Positions 28,867 through 40,301 of a stretch of DNA of 64,000 nucleotides are shown piece after piece. Source of the stretch: Candidatus Gottesmanbacteria bacterium (GTDB taxonomy: Bacteria; Patescibacteriota; Microgenomatia; UBA10105; UBA927); assembly GCA_963701185.1 (NCBI GenBank), contig OY969569.1, forward strand, positions 34,865 through 98,864, written 5' to 3'. The position numbers were made by a program, and so were the translations under genes. The notes below the pieces were generated by a model, which saw only the letters and a program-made list of their open reading frames with translations, was not told the origin of the DNA and ran no database searches. Each line of letters opens with the position of its first letter. Position 1 is the first letter of the stretch.

Positions 28867-29614
28867 TCTTCACGTATCGATAGAAAAGAAAGAAATCCTA
28901 CGAGGACTCTCCTTGAAGGTACGCGCCGGGGAAGTTCATGCGGTGATGGGACCAAACGGAAGCGGAAAATCAACACTCGCGTATGCGCTGCTCGGCTACC
29001 CGGCGTACAAAGTACTACGTTCTAAGTCCAAAATACTAATTGATAAAAAAAATATTATTGGTTTGTCAACGGAGGAGAGAGCGAAAGCGGGTTTATTTCT
29101 TGCACTGCAGTCGCCTGTTTCAGTATCCGGAGTGACGGTAGTGAATTTGCTGCGGACCGCATACGGAGACAGACAAGACAGCACCCACAATCCGCTGTTA
29201 TCACGCCGGTATGTTGGTTCGATGCCGATCGCGGAGTTTATGGCTCTGATAAAAAAGTATGCGGCGGCGCTCCATATCGATGAATCATTTCTGTCTCGCG
29301 GCGTTAATGAAGGGTTTTCCGGAGGTGAGAAGAAAAAGATGGAAATGCTTCAGGCGCTTGTCCTTGCTCCGAAATTTACGGTTTTTGATGAAATAGATAC
29401 GGGCCTGGATGTCGATGCGCTGAAGCTTGTGGCGCGGGGGATACGTATGCTTGTGAAAAAGGGGGTAGGAGTAATGATCATCACCCATTACCGGCGGATT
29501 TTGAAATATATAAAACCGGATGTTGTTCATGTTTTAGTTGACGGAAAGATAGTGAAAACCGGGAAAGCGCGTCTTGCTACGTACATAGAGGAAAAGGGAT
29601 ATGGTGGTTTTTAA
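28841..29614 (+). CDS. sufC: Fe-S cluster assembly ATPase SufC
   Basis: Walker [10 protein letters not shown], signature FSGGEKKK, Walker [11 protein letters not shown]-loop ITHY; about 35-aa insertion after Walker A. Confidence 0.85.
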   Translation: MTMSLTISNLHVSIEKKEILRGLSLKVRAGEVHAVMGPNGSGKSTLAYALLGYPAYKVLRSKSKILIDKKNIIGLSTEERAKAGLFLALQSPVSVSGVTVVNLLRTAYGDRQDSTHNPLLSRRYVGSMPIAEFMALIKKYAAALHIDESFLSRGVNEGFSGGEKKKMEMLQALVLAPKFTVFDEIDTGLDVDALKLVARGIRMLVKKGVGVMIITHYRRILKYIKPDVVHVLVDGKIVKTGKARLATYIEEKGYGGF

Positions 29615-30941
29615 ATCCAAACGGGGCCTCGACGAAAACATTGTCCGGTCCATCAGCCGGCACAAACGCGAACCGAAATGGATGCTCGAATATCGTCTGC
29701 GCGCGCTGAAGATTTTCCAACATGCGCCGCTTCCGGCATGGGGCGGGGATCTGACGACTATCAATTTTGATAATATTTTTTATTACCTTAAGCCGACGGA
29801 AAAAATAGTAAACTCCTGGAATGATCTCCCAAGAGAAATACGCAACGCCTACGATAAAATCGGTATCCCCGAAGCGGAGAAAAATTTTCTTGCCGGTGTT
29901 TCGGCACAGTATGAATCGGAAGTCGTCTATAAAAGCATCAATCAGATGCTTGAAAAAAAGGGCGTGGTGTTTCTGGATATGGACTCGGGTTTGCGTGAAT
30001 ATCCGGATCTTGTGAAGGAATATTTCGGGTCAGTGGTGCCGGCAAGAGATAATAAATTTTCAGCACTCAACAGTGCCGTATGGAGCGGCGGATCATTTTT
30101 GTATATCCCCAAAGGAGTACGGGTTGAACTTCCGCTTCAGGCGTACTTCCGCATCAACGCCGCAAATATGGGTCAGTTTGAACGGACGCTCATTATTGCC
30201 GATGAAGGAAGTTTCGTGCATTACGTGGAAGGCTGTACAGCCCCGATTTATACGACGGATTCCTTGCACGCAGCCGTTGTGGAAATATTCGTAAAAAAAG
30301 GCGCACGGGTCCGGTATAGTACGATTCAAAACTGGAGTACGAATGTGTATAACCTTGTGACCAAGCGGGCACGGGCGGAAGAAGAAGCTGTCATGGAATG
30401 GGTAGACGGAAATCTCGGCAGTAAGCTGACGATGAAATATCCGAGCGTCGTTCTTGCAGGCAGGAAGGCGCGCGGAGATCTTCTTTCCATTGCTTATGCC
30501 GGTCCCGGCCAGCATCAGGATGCCGGGGGAAAAATGATTCATATTGCTTCCGAAACATCCTCGCGGATTATTTCCAAATCCGTCAGCCGCGGCGGGGGAC
30601 GGACATCATACCGCGGACTGGTTGCGGTCGCCCGCGGTGTAACAGGAGTCAAAAGTAAGTCAGTGTGCGACGCTTTGATTTTGGATGCAGACTCCAGAAG
30701 CGACACGTATCCGGACATGAAAATACAGGGGATTAACGCGCAGGTAGAACATGAAGCCACGGTATCCAAAATCGGAGACGAGCAGCTGTTTTATTTACAA
30801 AGCCGCGGGATCAGCAGGGAGGCAGCGGAGTCTATGATTGTGAACGGGTTTATCGAGCCCATCGTGAAGGAACTGCCGCTTGAGTATGCCGTGGAGATGA
30901 ACAGGCTTATTGCATTACAGCTCGAAGGCTCTGTAGGGTAA
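29601..30941 (+). CDS. sufB: Fe-S cluster assembly protein SufB
   Basis: SufB-type beta-helix with conserved [12 protein letters not shown] and CDALILD segments; 446 aa. Confidence 0.85.
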   Translation: MVVFKSKRGLDENIVRSISRHKREPKWMLEYRLRALKIFQHAPLPAWGGDLTTINFDNIFYYLKPTEKIVNSWNDLPREIRNAYDKIGIPEAEKNFLAGVSAQYESEVVYKSINQMLEKKGVVFLDMDSGLREYPDLVKEYFGSVVPARDNKFSALNSAVWSGGSFLYIPKGVRVELPLQAYFRINAANMGQFERTLIIADEGSFVHYVEGCTAPIYTTDSLHAAVVEIFVKKGARVRYSTIQNWSTNVYNLVTKRARAEEEAVMEWVDGNLGSKLTMKYPSVVLAGRKARGDLLSIAYAGPGQHQDAGGKMIHIASETSSRIISKSVSRGGGRTSYRGLVAVARGVTGVKSKSVCDALILDADSRSDTYPDMKIQGINAQVEHEATVSKIGDEQLFYLQSRGISREAAESMIVNGFIEPIVKELPLEYAVEMNRLIALQLEGSVG

Positions 30942-30943
30942 AT

Positions 30944-31540
30944 ATGTACCAGTTTATACAAGTTCATGAAGGTGAAAATATACTCGAATTCCGTGTTCCG
31001 GCGGGTAAAACGCTTCATCTCTTCATCTATGGTTTGGTGAGCTGTAACGCCCGGTTGACCGTGAAACTTACGGGTATCGGATCACGTGCAATAATTACCG
31101 GAATACTGATAGGAAAAGATGATACTAAGCAGACCCTTCACACGATGCAAATCCACGAAGCGCCGGAGACGACGAGTGACTTGTTGGTGAAAACTGTTTT
31201 ATCCGGGAAAGCCGCGTGTGTCTATGATGGTGGCATCAGGATTGAAAAATCCGCGCAAAAGTCAGATGCATATCAGCGGAATGAAAACCTGCTGCTTTCG
31301 CCTGACGCGCATGTTGAAACAAAGCCATCGCTCGAAATTTTTGCCAACGACGTACGCTGTACGCATGGGGCGGCTTCCGGGTCCGTTGACGAAGAACAGC
31401 TCTGGTACCTTCTGTCCCGCGGCATTGCACGCGCGGATGGGGAGGCGCTTCTCGTGCGCGGGTTTATCCAAAGTGCCCTGGATCGCATTCCTGTTGGCAA
31501 ACGCGGTATAATATCCCTATGGGAACATTTATTAAAGTGA
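30944..31540 (+). CDS. sufD: Fe-S cluster assembly protein SufD (short)
   Basis: SufB/SufD C-terminal beta-helix (FANDVRCTHGAASGSVDEEQLWYLLSRGI); 198 aa. Confidence 0.7.
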   Translation: MYQFIQVHEGENILEFRVPAGKTLHLFIYGLVSCNARLTVKLTGIGSRAIITGILIGKDDTKQTLHTMQIHEAPETTSDLLVKTVLSGKAACVYDGGIRIEKSAQKSDAYQRNENLLLSPDAHVETKPSLEIFANDVRCTHGAASGSVDEEQLWYLLSRGIARADGEALLVRGFIQSALDRIPVGKRGIISLWEHLLK

Positions 31541-31830
31541 TGAGCACATCGGAATTGTCCGACGGGGAAATGAAAACCATTGTTGCAGGGGGTGTGCGTC
31601 TGATGATTGCCCATGTGGGCGGAGAATTTTTTGCGATTGATGATGCCTGTACGCATGCAGGGTGTTCCCTGGGTTCCCAGGGGAAATTAACAGGATCTAC
31701 CGTAACCTGCGGATGCCACGGCGGACAATTCGACGTGATGACAGGCGCTGTTGTTTCGCCGCCTCCTTCCAAAAGCGCGGCATCATACCGCGTTAAAGTA
31801 GAAGGGAATGATGTCCTGGTATCGGTATGA
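31540..31830 (+). CDS. Rieske [2Fe-2S] ferredoxin-like protein
   Basis: CTHAGCSLG...CGCHGGQF (CxH...CxxH); ATGA overlaps with sufD and sufS. Confidence 0.8.
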   Translation: MSTSELSDGEMKTIVAGGVRLMIAHVGGEFFAIDDACTHAGCSLGSQGKLTGSTVTCGCHGGQFDVMTGAVVSPPPSKSAASYRVKVEGNDVLVSV

Positions 31831-33005
31831 TAGACGCGGCTTCTCTTCGGAGGGATTTTCCGGTTTTGGCGCGGCGCATTCACGGTAAGCCTCTCGTGTA
31901 TCTTGATTCTACTGCGACATCTTTGAAACCCCGGTCAGTCATCGATAAAGAGAATGAATATTACACCCGCTATACCGCAAATATTTTCCGTGGTATCTAT
32001 ACCACAAGTGAGGAAGCGACGAAAGAATATGAAGATGTCCGGATAAAGGCAGCGCAGTTTATCGGTGCATCAAATTCTGATGAAATTATTTTTACGCGCA
32101 ATACCACGGAATCGATTAATCTTGTTGCGTACAGTCTCATCTGCGGGGATGAAGTTGTCGCGTCGGTCATGGAACATCACTCAAATTTTGTCCCCTGGCA
32201 GCAGCTGGGGCATCTGACTGTTTGGGATTACGAGACGGATTTGGAGAAAATTATTACGGGAAAAACAAAATTATTTGCCATCACCGCCTTGTCAAATGTC
32301 CTCGGAACCATTGTTCCGATCAAGAAAATTGTTCGAACAGTTAAAAGCCTCAATCCAAAGTGTTTGGTGCTTGTTGACGCGGCGCAGGCTGTTCCACATA
32401 TGAAGGTAGATGTTGTAGATTGGGGAGCGGATTTCGTTGCGTTTTCTTCCCATAAAATGCTGGGTCCTACCGGCGTCGGCGTCCTGTGGGGAAAATATGA
32501 ACTGCTCTCGGCCATGAAGCCGTTTGAATACGGCGGAGAGATGATTGAGGAGGTGCACATCGATAAAACCATCTTTAAAGCCCCGCCGCATAGGTTTGAG
32601 GCGGGTACGCCGCATATTGCCGGCGTCATCGGACTGGGGGCGGCGATTGATTATTTAAGAAAACTCGGTATGTCTTCGGTGCGCGCCCATGAAAAAGATA
32701 TGACGGCATATGCCTTTGATAGATTATCTTCAATCAAAGAGGTCACCATTGTAGGGCCGAAAAATCCGGCAGCGCGGGCGGGTGTTATTGCATTTACCGT
32801 CCGCGGGGTTCACCCTCATGATGTGGCACAGGTTCTGGACGAAGACAACATCTGTATCCGCGTCGGGTTTCACTGCGCCCAGCCGCTTCACGAGTATTTG
32901 GGGACAGGTCCAACCTGCCGCGCGTCATTTTACGTGTACACGACGAAAAACGACATTGATATGTTAGGAGAGGGTTTGGAAAAAGTTATTAAAATGTTTT
33001 CGTAA
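31827..33005 (+). CDS. sufS: Cysteine desulfurase SufS (class V aminotransferase)
   Basis: PLP lysine motif SSHKMLGPTGVGVLWG; C-terminal catalytic Cys loop. Confidence 0.85.
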   Translation: MIDAASLRRDFPVLARRIHGKPLVYLDSTATSLKPRSVIDKENEYYTRYTANIFRGIYTTSEEATKEYEDVRIKAAQFIGASNSDEIIFTRNTTESINLVAYSLICGDEVVASVMEHHSNFVPWQQLGHLTVWDYETDLEKIITGKTKLFAITALSNVLGTIVPIKKIVRTVKSLNPKCLVLVDAAQAVPHMKVDVVDWGADFVAFSSHKMLGPTGVGVLWGKYELLSAMKPFEYGGEMIEEVHIDKTIFKAPPHRFEAGTPHIAGVIGLGAAIDYLRKLGMSSVRAHEKDMTAYAFDRLSSIKEVTIVGPKNPAARAGVIAFTVRGVHPHDVAQVLDEDNICIRVGFHCAQPLHEYLGTGPTCRASFYVYTTKNDIDMLGEGLEKVIKMFS

Positions 33006-33006
33006 T

Positions 33007-33378
33007 ATGGACATGTACCGCGAGATTATCCTCGACCACTACAAGCATCCGCGCAATTTCGGACACTTACCCCATGCAACTGCCTCGGCTCACGCATATA
33101 ACGCCACATGTGGAGATAAAATCATTATGGAAATAAAGATTGATAATTCGAAGATCAGTGATATCCGTTTTTCGGGTACAGGGTGTGCCATCAGTCAGGC
33201 CGCCGCGTCGATGTTGACGGAAAAGGTGAAAGGGATGAAGAAAACCGAGGTGATGAAACTGGGCGCGAAAAATATTATTGATATGCTCGGTACAACCCTG
33301 ACGCCGTCGCGCATAAAATGTGCGACATTGCCCCTGGAAGTCCTTCAGAAAGTAGTTATAAAAAAAGCTATAGCATAG
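33007..33378 (+). CDS. sufU: SufU/IscU-type scaffold or sulfur-transfer protein
   Basis: HYKHPRNFG, NATCGDKI and FSGTGCAISQAAAS conserved Cys motifs. Confidence 0.85.
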   Translation: MDMYREIILDHYKHPRNFGHLPHATASAHAYNATCGDKIIMEIKIDNSKISDIRFSGTGCAISQAAASMLTEKVKGMKKTEVMKLGAKNIIDMLGTTLTPSRIKCATLPLEVLQKVVIKKAIA

Positions 33379-33442
33379 TTTATAACTACTTCAATGATTG
33401 ATACGATTGAAAGTTGAAGTTTTCTTTAGTATAGTATTCATT

Positions 33443-33697
33443 ATGGATAGCAATGATCCTAAGGTAATAAGAAAAATTCGTAAACTCACAATGCGCATTG
33501 ATCGGAATCTCTGCATCGGTGCGGCTACCTGTGTGGCAATTGCCCCCAAAGCATGGACATTGGATAACGAGGCAAAGGCAATTATTTTAGATACGGCGGA
33601 ACAGGAATCGGACGCGACTCTTATCGAAGCTGCCAAGGGATGCCCGGTGTTGGCGATTTTCATCACCGACGACACCGGTAAACAAATTTTCCCGTAA
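33443..33697 (+). CDS. Small ferredoxin ([4Fe-4S]-type)
   Basis: IDRNLCIGAATCVAIAP....GCP Cys pattern; follows the suf block. Confidence 0.6.
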   Translation: MDSNDPKVIRKIRKLTMRIDRNLCIGAATCVAIAPKAWTLDNEAKAIILDTAEQESDATLIEAAKGCPVLAIFITDDTGKQIFP

Positions 33698-33727
33698 ATC
33701 TTTCAGTAAATGTGATACCATGATTTT

Positions 33728-35407
33728 ATGGATTCAGTGACATGGAAAATCGGGGGAGAGGCGGGGTTCGGGATCATGGCTTCAGGCACCATGCTTGCCA
33801 AGACGTTTTCCCGTGCCGGATATCACGTCTTAGCAACCAACGAATATCCCTCCCGGATACGGGGCGGGCACAATCTCGTCACCGTCCGCATCGCAATAAA
33901 AAAGTTTGAGGCAATGAGCCGCGACCTTCATATATTGGTTGCATTAAACCGTGAAACCATTGATCTTCATAAACAGGAATTGAGTGAACAGACAATCGTC
34001 CTGTTTGATCCGAAAGACGGAGAATATAGTTCAGGCATTCCCGTGCCGTTCTCGGAGATCGTGACAAAACTCGGCGGGGAACCCGTGATGCGCAACACCG
34101 TTGCCATCGGGGCGAGCGTTGCTCTTTTGGGCAGTCCGTTTGCCAATCTGGAAGCGGTTATTACCGACCAGTTTAAGAAAAAAGGCGCTGATGTTGTGAA
34201 ACACAACGTGGAAATCGCACGGGCGGGATACGACGCGGTGCAGGAAAAATCCATGGTGCTGGCGCCGGCAGAAAAAAAAGAAGACCAGTTGGTCATTAAT
34301 GCGAGTGAAGCAATCGGCATCGGAGCAGTGCGGGCGGGTCTGAAATTTGCGGCAATATACCCCATGACGCCCATCAATGCGCTTATTACCTTTTTGGCGG
34401 ACCACGCCAAAAGCGCGAATATCGTCTATAAGCAGCCGGAAGATGAAATAGCAGGCATCAATATGGCAATCGGCGCGTCCTTATGCGGCGTTCGCAGTAT
34501 GGTGGCCACCAGCGGCGGCGGGTTTGCCCTCATGGTGGAAGGATTATCCTGGGCGGGTATGATAGAAGCGCCGTTGGTTATCGATCTTGGTATGCGTCCC
34601 GGTCCCTCTACAGGAATGCCGACATGGAGCGAGCAGGGGGAATTGCAGTTTGCCATTCATGCAGGGCACGGAGAATTTCCGCGGATTATACTCGCGCCGG
34701 CGGATGCGGCGGATGCATATACACTCACGATCGATGCGTTTAATTTGGCGGACCGCTATCAGGTGCCGGTATTTTTATTAACCGACAAATATATCAATGA
34801 AAGCCAGTGGTGTGTGCCCAAATCCGTCATGTCCGGCGATGTTGTTGTCGACCGCGGAAAACTACTGAAAGAAGCGGTAAGTGATTCTTTTAAGCGATAC
34901 GATCTTGCCGTTCCCGACGGTGTATCGCCCCGAAGCGTTCCCGGCCAGAAAGGCGGCTTTTATATTGCCAATTCCTATGAGCATGATGAAACCGGTCACG
35001 TGACGGACCAACTCCAAATGCGCATCGCGATGGCCGCCAAGCGCATGAAAAAATTTGAGGCAATGAAAAAAGATATGAAAGCGCCGTCAGTATACGGCGA
35101 CCCAGAAGCGGAAATCACGTTTGTGACGTGGGGCAGCACCCGCGGCCCGGTACTGGAGGCAATGAAATTACTTAATAAAAAATCGCGGCTTGTTCATTTT
35201 TCATGGATATACCCGTTCCCTGTTGAGGAAACGATGAAAGTCTTATCGCCGGCGACACGTATTATTGACGTTGAGCAGAATGCCACAGGACAGCTGGCAT
35301 CGCTTATCCGGGAGCATACCGGCATCCTTATGAAAGAAAAATTACTGAAAAATGACGGGAGAATCTGGTATCCGGAGGAGATTGCGGAATATGTCAATAA
35401 CGGCTGA
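33728..35407 (+). CDS. korA: 2-oxoacid:ferredoxin oxidoreductase, alpha subunit (fused gamma-alpha)
   Basis: N-terminal gamma domain (GGEAGFGIMASGTMLAKT..GYHV), alpha domain with GIGAVRAGLKFAAIYPMTP. Confidence 0.8.
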   Translation: MDSVTWKIGGEAGFGIMASGTMLAKTFSRAGYHVLATNEYPSRIRGGHNLVTVRIAIKKFEAMSRDLHILVALNRETIDLHKQELSEQTIVLFDPKDGEYSSGIPVPFSEIVTKLGGEPVMRNTVAIGASVALLGSPFANLEAVITDQFKKKGADVVKHNVEIARAGYDAVQEKSMVLAPAEKKEDQLVINASEAIGIGAVRAGLKFAAIYPMTPINALITFLADHAKSANIVYKQPEDEIAGINMAIGASLCGVRSMVATSGGGFALMVEGLSWAGMIEAPLVIDLGMRPGPSTGMPTWSEQGELQFAIHAGHGEFPRIILAPADAADAYTLTIDAFNLADRYQVPVFLLTDKYINESQWCVPKSVMSGDVVVDRGKLLKEAVSDSFKRYDLAVPDGVSPRSVPGQKGGFYIANSYEHDETGHVTDQLQMRIAMAAKRMKKFEAMKKDMKAPSVYGDPEAEITFVTWGSTRGPVLEAMKLLNKKSRLVHFSWIYPFPVEETMKVLSPATRIIDVEQNATGQLASLIREHTGILMKEKLLKNDGRIWYPEEIAEYVNNG

Positions 35408-36215
35408 TTCATTCAAAACAAATTTTCTGCCGACGTGGTGCCCCGGATGCGGAGACTTCGGCATCTGGATGTCTCTTAAAAACGCACTCGTTACCCTTGG
35501 GATCGGCACGGATGACGGCGTGGTGGTATACGGCGTGGGGTGCCACGGCAATATGTATGACTGGATGAAAATGTATGGAGTGGCCGCGCTCCATGGGAGG
35601 ACCCTGCCGGTGGCGCAGGGGTTGAAACTTGCCAACCATAAACTTCCGGTTATTGTCGTTTCCGGGGACGGAGACGGGTTGGGGGAGGGAGGCAACCATT
35701 TTCTGCACGCGGCCAAGAGGAATCCCGATATCACGGTTCTCATTCACGACAATCAAGTCTACGGTCTCACGACCGGCCAGGCATCGCCGACGGCAAAGCC
35801 GGGATTCAAAACAAAATCCACGCCCGAGGGAGTTGTCGATGAGCCGGTTAATCCGCTGGCTCTGGCCATAACTGCAGGCGCGACGTTTGTGGCTCGCGGA
35901 TTTGCCGGGGACACGCCGGGATTAACCTCTCTGATTGTTGCCGCGGTACAACACAAAGGGTTCGCCGTTATTGATATTCTTCAGCCCTGCGTGACGTTTG
36001 ACAAAATTCATACGTACCAATGGTATCGGCCGCGGTTATATAAAATTGAGACACCTGACAATAAAATAAAAGCGTTGGAATTGGCAATGGAATGGGGAGA
36101 TAAAATCCCCGTCGGTATTTTGTATAAAGAAGATAAACCAACCAGCGAAGACCACGAACCCGTCATTGGCGACCAAACAATAGACCTTCAGGCTCTTCTC
36201 GGCGAATTTATATAA
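35391..36215 (+). CDS. korB: 2-oxoacid:ferredoxin oxidoreductase, beta subunit (TPP-binding)
   Basis: WCPGCGDFG N-terminus and TPP motif GDGDGLGEGGNHFLHAAKRN. Confidence 0.8.
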   Translation: MSITADSFKTNFLPTWCPGCGDFGIWMSLKNALVTLGIGTDDGVVVYGVGCHGNMYDWMKMYGVAALHGRTLPVAQGLKLANHKLPVIVVSGDGDGLGEGGNHFLHAAKRNPDITVLIHDNQVYGLTTGQASPTAKPGFKTKSTPEGVVDEPVNPLALAITAGATFVARGFAGDTPGLTSLIVAAVQHKGFAVIDILQPCVTFDKIHTYQWYRPRLYKIETPDNKIKALELAMEWGDKIPVGILYKEDKPTSEDHEPVIGDQTIDLQALLGEFI

Positions 36216-36230
36216 TGTGATCTTGTCCTC

Positions 36231-36259
36231 TTGACGTGGGTGTTAGCAGTTGTTATACT
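36231..36259 (+). promoter_or_regulatory. Sigma70-like promoter for lon (TTGACG, 17 nt, TATACT)
   Basis: Near-consensus hexamers with 17-bp spacing; AAGGA RBS before the ATG at 36282. Confidence 0.55.
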
Positions 36260-36281
36260 CGAGTGCTAGAGAAGGATAAAA

Positions 36282-38657
36282 ATGGAAGAACTACTCAATC
36301 CATCAGAAATGGTATTACCCGTTGTTCCGATCCGCGACGGCATCGTGTTTCCGGGTACGGAAATGATATTAACCTTCGGTAGACAGCGGAGTGTTTCGGC
36401 GATAGAAGCCGGCCAAACGTCGGCCAAGCGCGTCATTCTCGTCATGCAGCGGAATCCCAACATCAATGACCCCACGCCATCGGATCTGTACAACATCGCC
36501 ACGGTCGGAGAGATTGTCCAGATGATGAAAAATGAGGGGGAAATCAATGCGCTGGTACGCGGAATATCCAAAGTTGAAATTCTCTCGTACGAAGCGGTGG
36601 AGCCGTTCTTTGTTGCACGCGCGCTCACCCTGACGGACACCATAGAAGAGGACGAAGAGACGAAAGCACTTTTTAACCATCTTACCAACGAACTCCGTCA
36701 GGCCGTGAAGCTCGGGAAGACCATGGATTTTCTCACGTTCATGAATATCATGTCGGGCGTTTCGCCGCAGGTACTTTCCCATCAGGTCGCCGGGGTTCTC
36801 GATATCAAACCGGATGAGCGCGAGGAACTCCTCGAGATGGTGTCCGTTAAAAACCGTCTGGAAAAAGAAATCACCTATCTGTCCCGCGAAGTGAAGATTC
36901 TCGAGTTGGAAAAGAAAATAGCCAATAAAACGCAGGAAAAATTCGATAAAAACGTCCGCGAACAGGTGTTGCGCGAGCGCATGAAGACGATAGAAAAAGA
37001 ACTCGGCGAAGACGACGGAAACAAGGAATATAAAGAACTTGCCGAAAAAATCAAAAAATCAGGGATGCCCGCCGACGTTCGTGCGAAAGCGGAGAAGGAA
37101 CTAGCCCGTCTTATCCAGATGTCTCAGTATAATCCGGAATCTTCATATGTCCGGGCATATCTTGACTGGCTGGTTGAACTTCCCTGGAATGTCGCGAGCC
37201 CCAATAACGTGGTTATTGCCGATGCGGAAGCAATTCTTAATAAAGATCACTACGGGCTCAAGAAAATAAAAGAAAGAATTCTTGAATATTTAGCTGTTAT
37301 GAAACTTCGGAGTGAAAAAATTGTCAAAGAAACTGCCGTACATACATCTAAATCCGCCCCGACGATTCTCTGTTTTGTGGGTCCGCCCGGAGTGGGGAAA
37401 ACCTCAATCGGCAAGTCCATTGCACGCAGTCTGGGCCGGAAATTCGTAAAAATGTCCCTCGGAGGCATCCGGGATGAAGCGGAAATCCGCGGACACCGGA
37501 GAACCTATGTGGGGGCTTTGCCTGGCCGCATTATTCAGGGCATCAAGCAGGCCGGAACGAAGAATCCCGTATTTATGTTGGACGAAATAGATAAAGTGGG
37601 GACAGATTTCCGCGGCGATCCGTCGGCGGCACTCCTTGAGGCGTTGGATCCGGAACAGAATTACTCATTCTCCGATCATTACCTTGAGGTACCGTTTGAT
37701 TTGTCCGATGTCTTTTTCATCACAACGTGCAATGTGTTGGACACCATTCCGCCGGCACTGCGCGACCGCCTGGAGGTCATCCATTTCCCGGGATATACGG
37801 AGGATGAGAAATTCCATATCGGCCGTGATTTCCTTTTTGAGAAAGAGCGGGAAATCCATGGCGTGCCCGATGGGAGCGTCATGCTTACAGACGAAGCAAT
37901 AGTTGAGATTATCCGCCGGTATACGCGCGAGGCGGGAGTCCGCAATCTTGAGCGCGAAGTGGCGACCATTTTCAGAAAAGTCGCCAAAAAGATTGCAGAC
38001 GTCGCGGGCAAGCGGCCGGCGTTTACGATCACGCCTCATGTCCTTCATGAATATTTGGGACCGACAAAGTTTACGTCTATGCTGGCCGAGAAAAAAGATG
38101 AGGTGGGGATGGCAACGGGGCTCGCCTGGACCGAGGCCGGCGGCGACATTTTGTTTATCGAAGTTGCCCTCATGCCCGGCCGCGGAACGCTTACCTTAAC
38201 CGGACAGCTGGGAGATGTCATGAAAGAGTCCGGGCAGGCCGCCATGTCATATGTGCGCAGCCGCTGGAAACTATTGGGTCTGCCGGAAAAGTTTTTCCAG
38301 AAAATAGATGTCCATGTGCATGTGCCGGAAGGGGCAGTGCCCAAAGATGGGCCATCGGCGGGAGCCGCGATTGCCACGGCGATTGTGTCAGCACTCATCA
38401 AAATTCCTACGCACAGGACAGTCGCCATGACCGGGGAAATTACCCTGCGGGGACGCGTCCTTGAAATCGGCGGCGTGAAAGAAAAAGTGATTGCGGCACA
38501 TCGGGCGGGAATCTCAACCGTCATTTTGCCGAAAAATAATAAAAAAGATCTCGAGGATATTCCCAAAAGCGTTTCGACTGACCTCAAGTTTTACTTTGTG
38601 GAACACATGGATGAGGTCCTTACCCTCGCACTCACCCGTCACTTCATAAAATCGTAG
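36282..38657 (+). CDS. lon: ATP-dependent Lon protease
   Basis: LON N-domain, AAA+ GPPGVGKTS, catalytic PKDGPSAG Ser-Lys dyad region. Confidence 0.95.
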   Translation: MEELLNPSEMVLPVVPIRDGIVFPGTEMILTFGRQRSVSAIEAGQTSAKRVILVMQRNPNINDPTPSDLYNIATVGEIVQMMKNEGEINALVRGISKVEILSYEAVEPFFVARALTLTDTIEEDEETKALFNHLTNELRQAVKLGKTMDFLTFMNIMSGVSPQVLSHQVAGVLDIKPDEREELLEMVSVKNRLEKEITYLSREVKILELEKKIANKTQEKFDKNVREQVLRERMKTIEKELGEDDGNKEYKELAEKIKKSGMPADVRAKAEKELARLIQMSQYNPESSYVRAYLDWLVELPWNVASPNNVVIADAEAILNKDHYGLKKIKERILEYLAVMKLRSEKIVKETAVHTSKSAPTILCFVGPPGVGKTSIGKSIARSLGRKFVKMSLGGIRDEAEIRGHRRTYVGALPGRIIQGIKQAGTKNPVFMLDEIDKVGTDFRGDPSAALLEALDPEQNYSFSDHYLEVPFDLSDVFFITTCNVLDTIPPALRDRLEVIHFPGYTEDEKFHIGRDFLFEKEREIHGVPDGSVMLTDEAIVEIIRRYTREAGVRNLEREVATIFRKVAKKIADVAGKRPAFTITPHVLHEYLGPTKFTSMLAEKKDEVGMATGLAWTEAGGDILFIEVALMPGRGTLTLTGQLGDVMKESGQAAMSYVRSRWKLLGLPEKFFQKIDVHVHVPEGAVPKDGPSAGAAIATAIVSALIKIPTHRTVAMTGEITLRGRVLEIGGVKEKVIAAHRAGISTVILPKNNKKDLEDIPKSVSTDLKFYFVEHMDEVLTLALTRHFIKS

Positions 38658-39547
38658 ACAATTTTTGAGATATGTGCTTCCAACTTTGACGCAGTCATTG
38701 CGTCTCCCGCGTCACTCGTGAGTATACCGATGTAATAGGCCGTATTGCCGTGATTGACGATGCCGACGTCGTGAACCTCGCCTGTCTCCCCGTCGCCGGT
38801 TTTATGATAGACCGTTGCGTCTTTTGGCAGATCTGCAGGTATCCGGTTTTCAAAATCGCTGTCGCGCATAAACCCGAGCATTTCAGCGGTAGCGGCGGGA
38901 TTGGCGACATTGTTGCCGTACATTTTCCGAAGCAGCAGCTCCATATCTTTATTTGACGTCTTGTTGTTGGCCATGTCCGTTTGCGTCAGGCCCCAGTTGT
39001 TGATGATAGATTGCACTTTCGGTAATCCGACCACGTAGTTGCCCAGCAAAAACGCCGCCGTATTGTCGCTTTTCTGCATCATGAGCCGTACCAGGGTTTT
39101 TACCGTGTAGGTCGTACCCGGCGGGTCATAGCGGATACTGCCGGTTCCGTAATCCTGAATATCTTCCTGCTGCAGGGTAATGACCCGATCAAAGTTTACG
39201 TTTCCGTTTTGCGCCTCATTATAAAGGACGGCCATGATCGGCAGTTTATTGAGGGAGGCGGCGGTGAACATTTCCGATTCATTGATGCCCATGGAAAAGT
39301 TACTTCGGTAATCGACAATATACACGGAATAATTTTTGAACGTGTTGCCGATTGCGGACCGGATCTGTTTCTTAAGATCCTCCGGGCTTTTGCGTACCGA
39401 GAAAATGCCCAGCACTGTGGTGTATGCATCGTTCGGCAGGGGTGATACGGACGGGCGGGATTTTTCTTTCGTCAATACGTACAGTCCCGTGGCAACAAGA
39501 AGACACAGCGATAATAAAAGAATATATGGACGCCGCATAAAATGCAT
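38639..39547 (-). CDS. Class A beta-lactamase-like serine hydrolase
   Basis: Signal peptide; SxxK (AASLNK), SDN and KTG (YHKTGDG) motifs. Confidence 0.7.
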   Translation of the reverse strand: MHFMRRPYILLLSLCLLVATGLYVLTKEKSRPSVSPLPNDAYTTVLGIFSVRKSPEDLKKQIRSAIGNTFKNYSVYIVDYRSNFSMGINESEMFTAASLNKLPIMAVLYNEAQNGNVNFDRVITLQQEDIQDYGTGSIRYDPPGTTYTVKTLVRLMMQKSDNTAAFLLGNYVVGLPKVQSIINNWGLTQTDMANNKTSNKDMELLLRKMYGNNVANPAATAEMLGFMRDSDFENRIPADLPKDATVYHKTGDGETGEVHDVGIVNHGNTAYYIGILTSDAGDAMTASKLEAHISKIVYDFMK

Positions 39548-39576
39548 TATAATACATACAGTGAGGGGGTGATGCT

Positions 39577-39846
39577 ATGAAAAAAATACATCCGCATGAT
39601 GTTGGTTTTATACTCGGAGCGACTGTGTCCATTATGCATATCGTATGGTCACTCGCCGTCTTTGTCGGTCTGGCAAACTGGTATCTGGATTTTATCTTTT
39701 CCCTGCATTTTTTAAGTAATCCTTTTGTGGTCCAGTCGTTTGACTGGGGAAAAGCGATTATGCTCTGGGTCATCACATTTGTCGTAGGGTATCTCGTGGG
39801 ATGGATATTCGGTGTGATGTGGAACGTGATGCTTAAGAAGAAATGA
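39577..39846 (+). CDS. Small membrane protein, hypothetical
   Basis: GAGGGGG RBS; two or three predicted TM helices. Confidence 0.4.
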   Translation: MKKIHPHDVGFILGATVSIMHIVWSLAVFVGLANWYLDFIFSLHFLSNPFVVQSFDWGKAIMLWVITFVVGYLVGWIFGVMWNVMLKKK

Positions 39847-40301
39847 AGAAACGGAATATTCGGCAGTTGTTGCTTTCGATTATTGCATGTCAGGCGGCAG
39901 GATTAATCGGGTTGCTGTTTACGGCCGGTGCCCTTCCGGTGTGGTATGCGGGCCTTATCAAACCTGCGTATAATCCGCCGGGCTGGGTGTTCGGACCCGT
40001 ATGGACCGCCCTTTATATTCTGATGGGGATCTCCCTGTATCTGGTCCGCAGTAACAGGGCGGCCGTGAAGCTCTTTCTTATTCATCTCGCTGTCAATGCG
40101 GGCTGGTCCGTTGTCTTTTTCGGACTCCATTCGATTTTAGGAGGCATGGTGACGCTTATGATTCTCTGGGGGTTTATTATTTTTCTTATCCGCGAATTTT
40201 ATCCGATACACCGCACAGCCGCGTATCTTTTGATCCCGTATTTTGTTTGGGTGTCATGTGCCGGCATCCTCAATTTCTCGATCCTTCTTCTTAATCAATG
40301 A
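39843..40301 (+). CDS. tspO: TspO/MBR family tryptophan-rich sensory protein
   Basis: Five TM with Trp-rich conserved segments (LIKPAYNPPGWVFGPVWTALYILMG). Confidence 0.8.
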   Translation: MKKRNIRQLLLSIIACQAAGLIGLLFTAGALPVWYAGLIKPAYNPPGWVFGPVWTALYILMGISLYLVRSNRAAVKLFLIHLAVNAGWSVVFFGLHSILGGMVTLMILWGFIIFLIREFYPIHRTAAYLLIPYFVWVSCAGILNFSILLLNQ

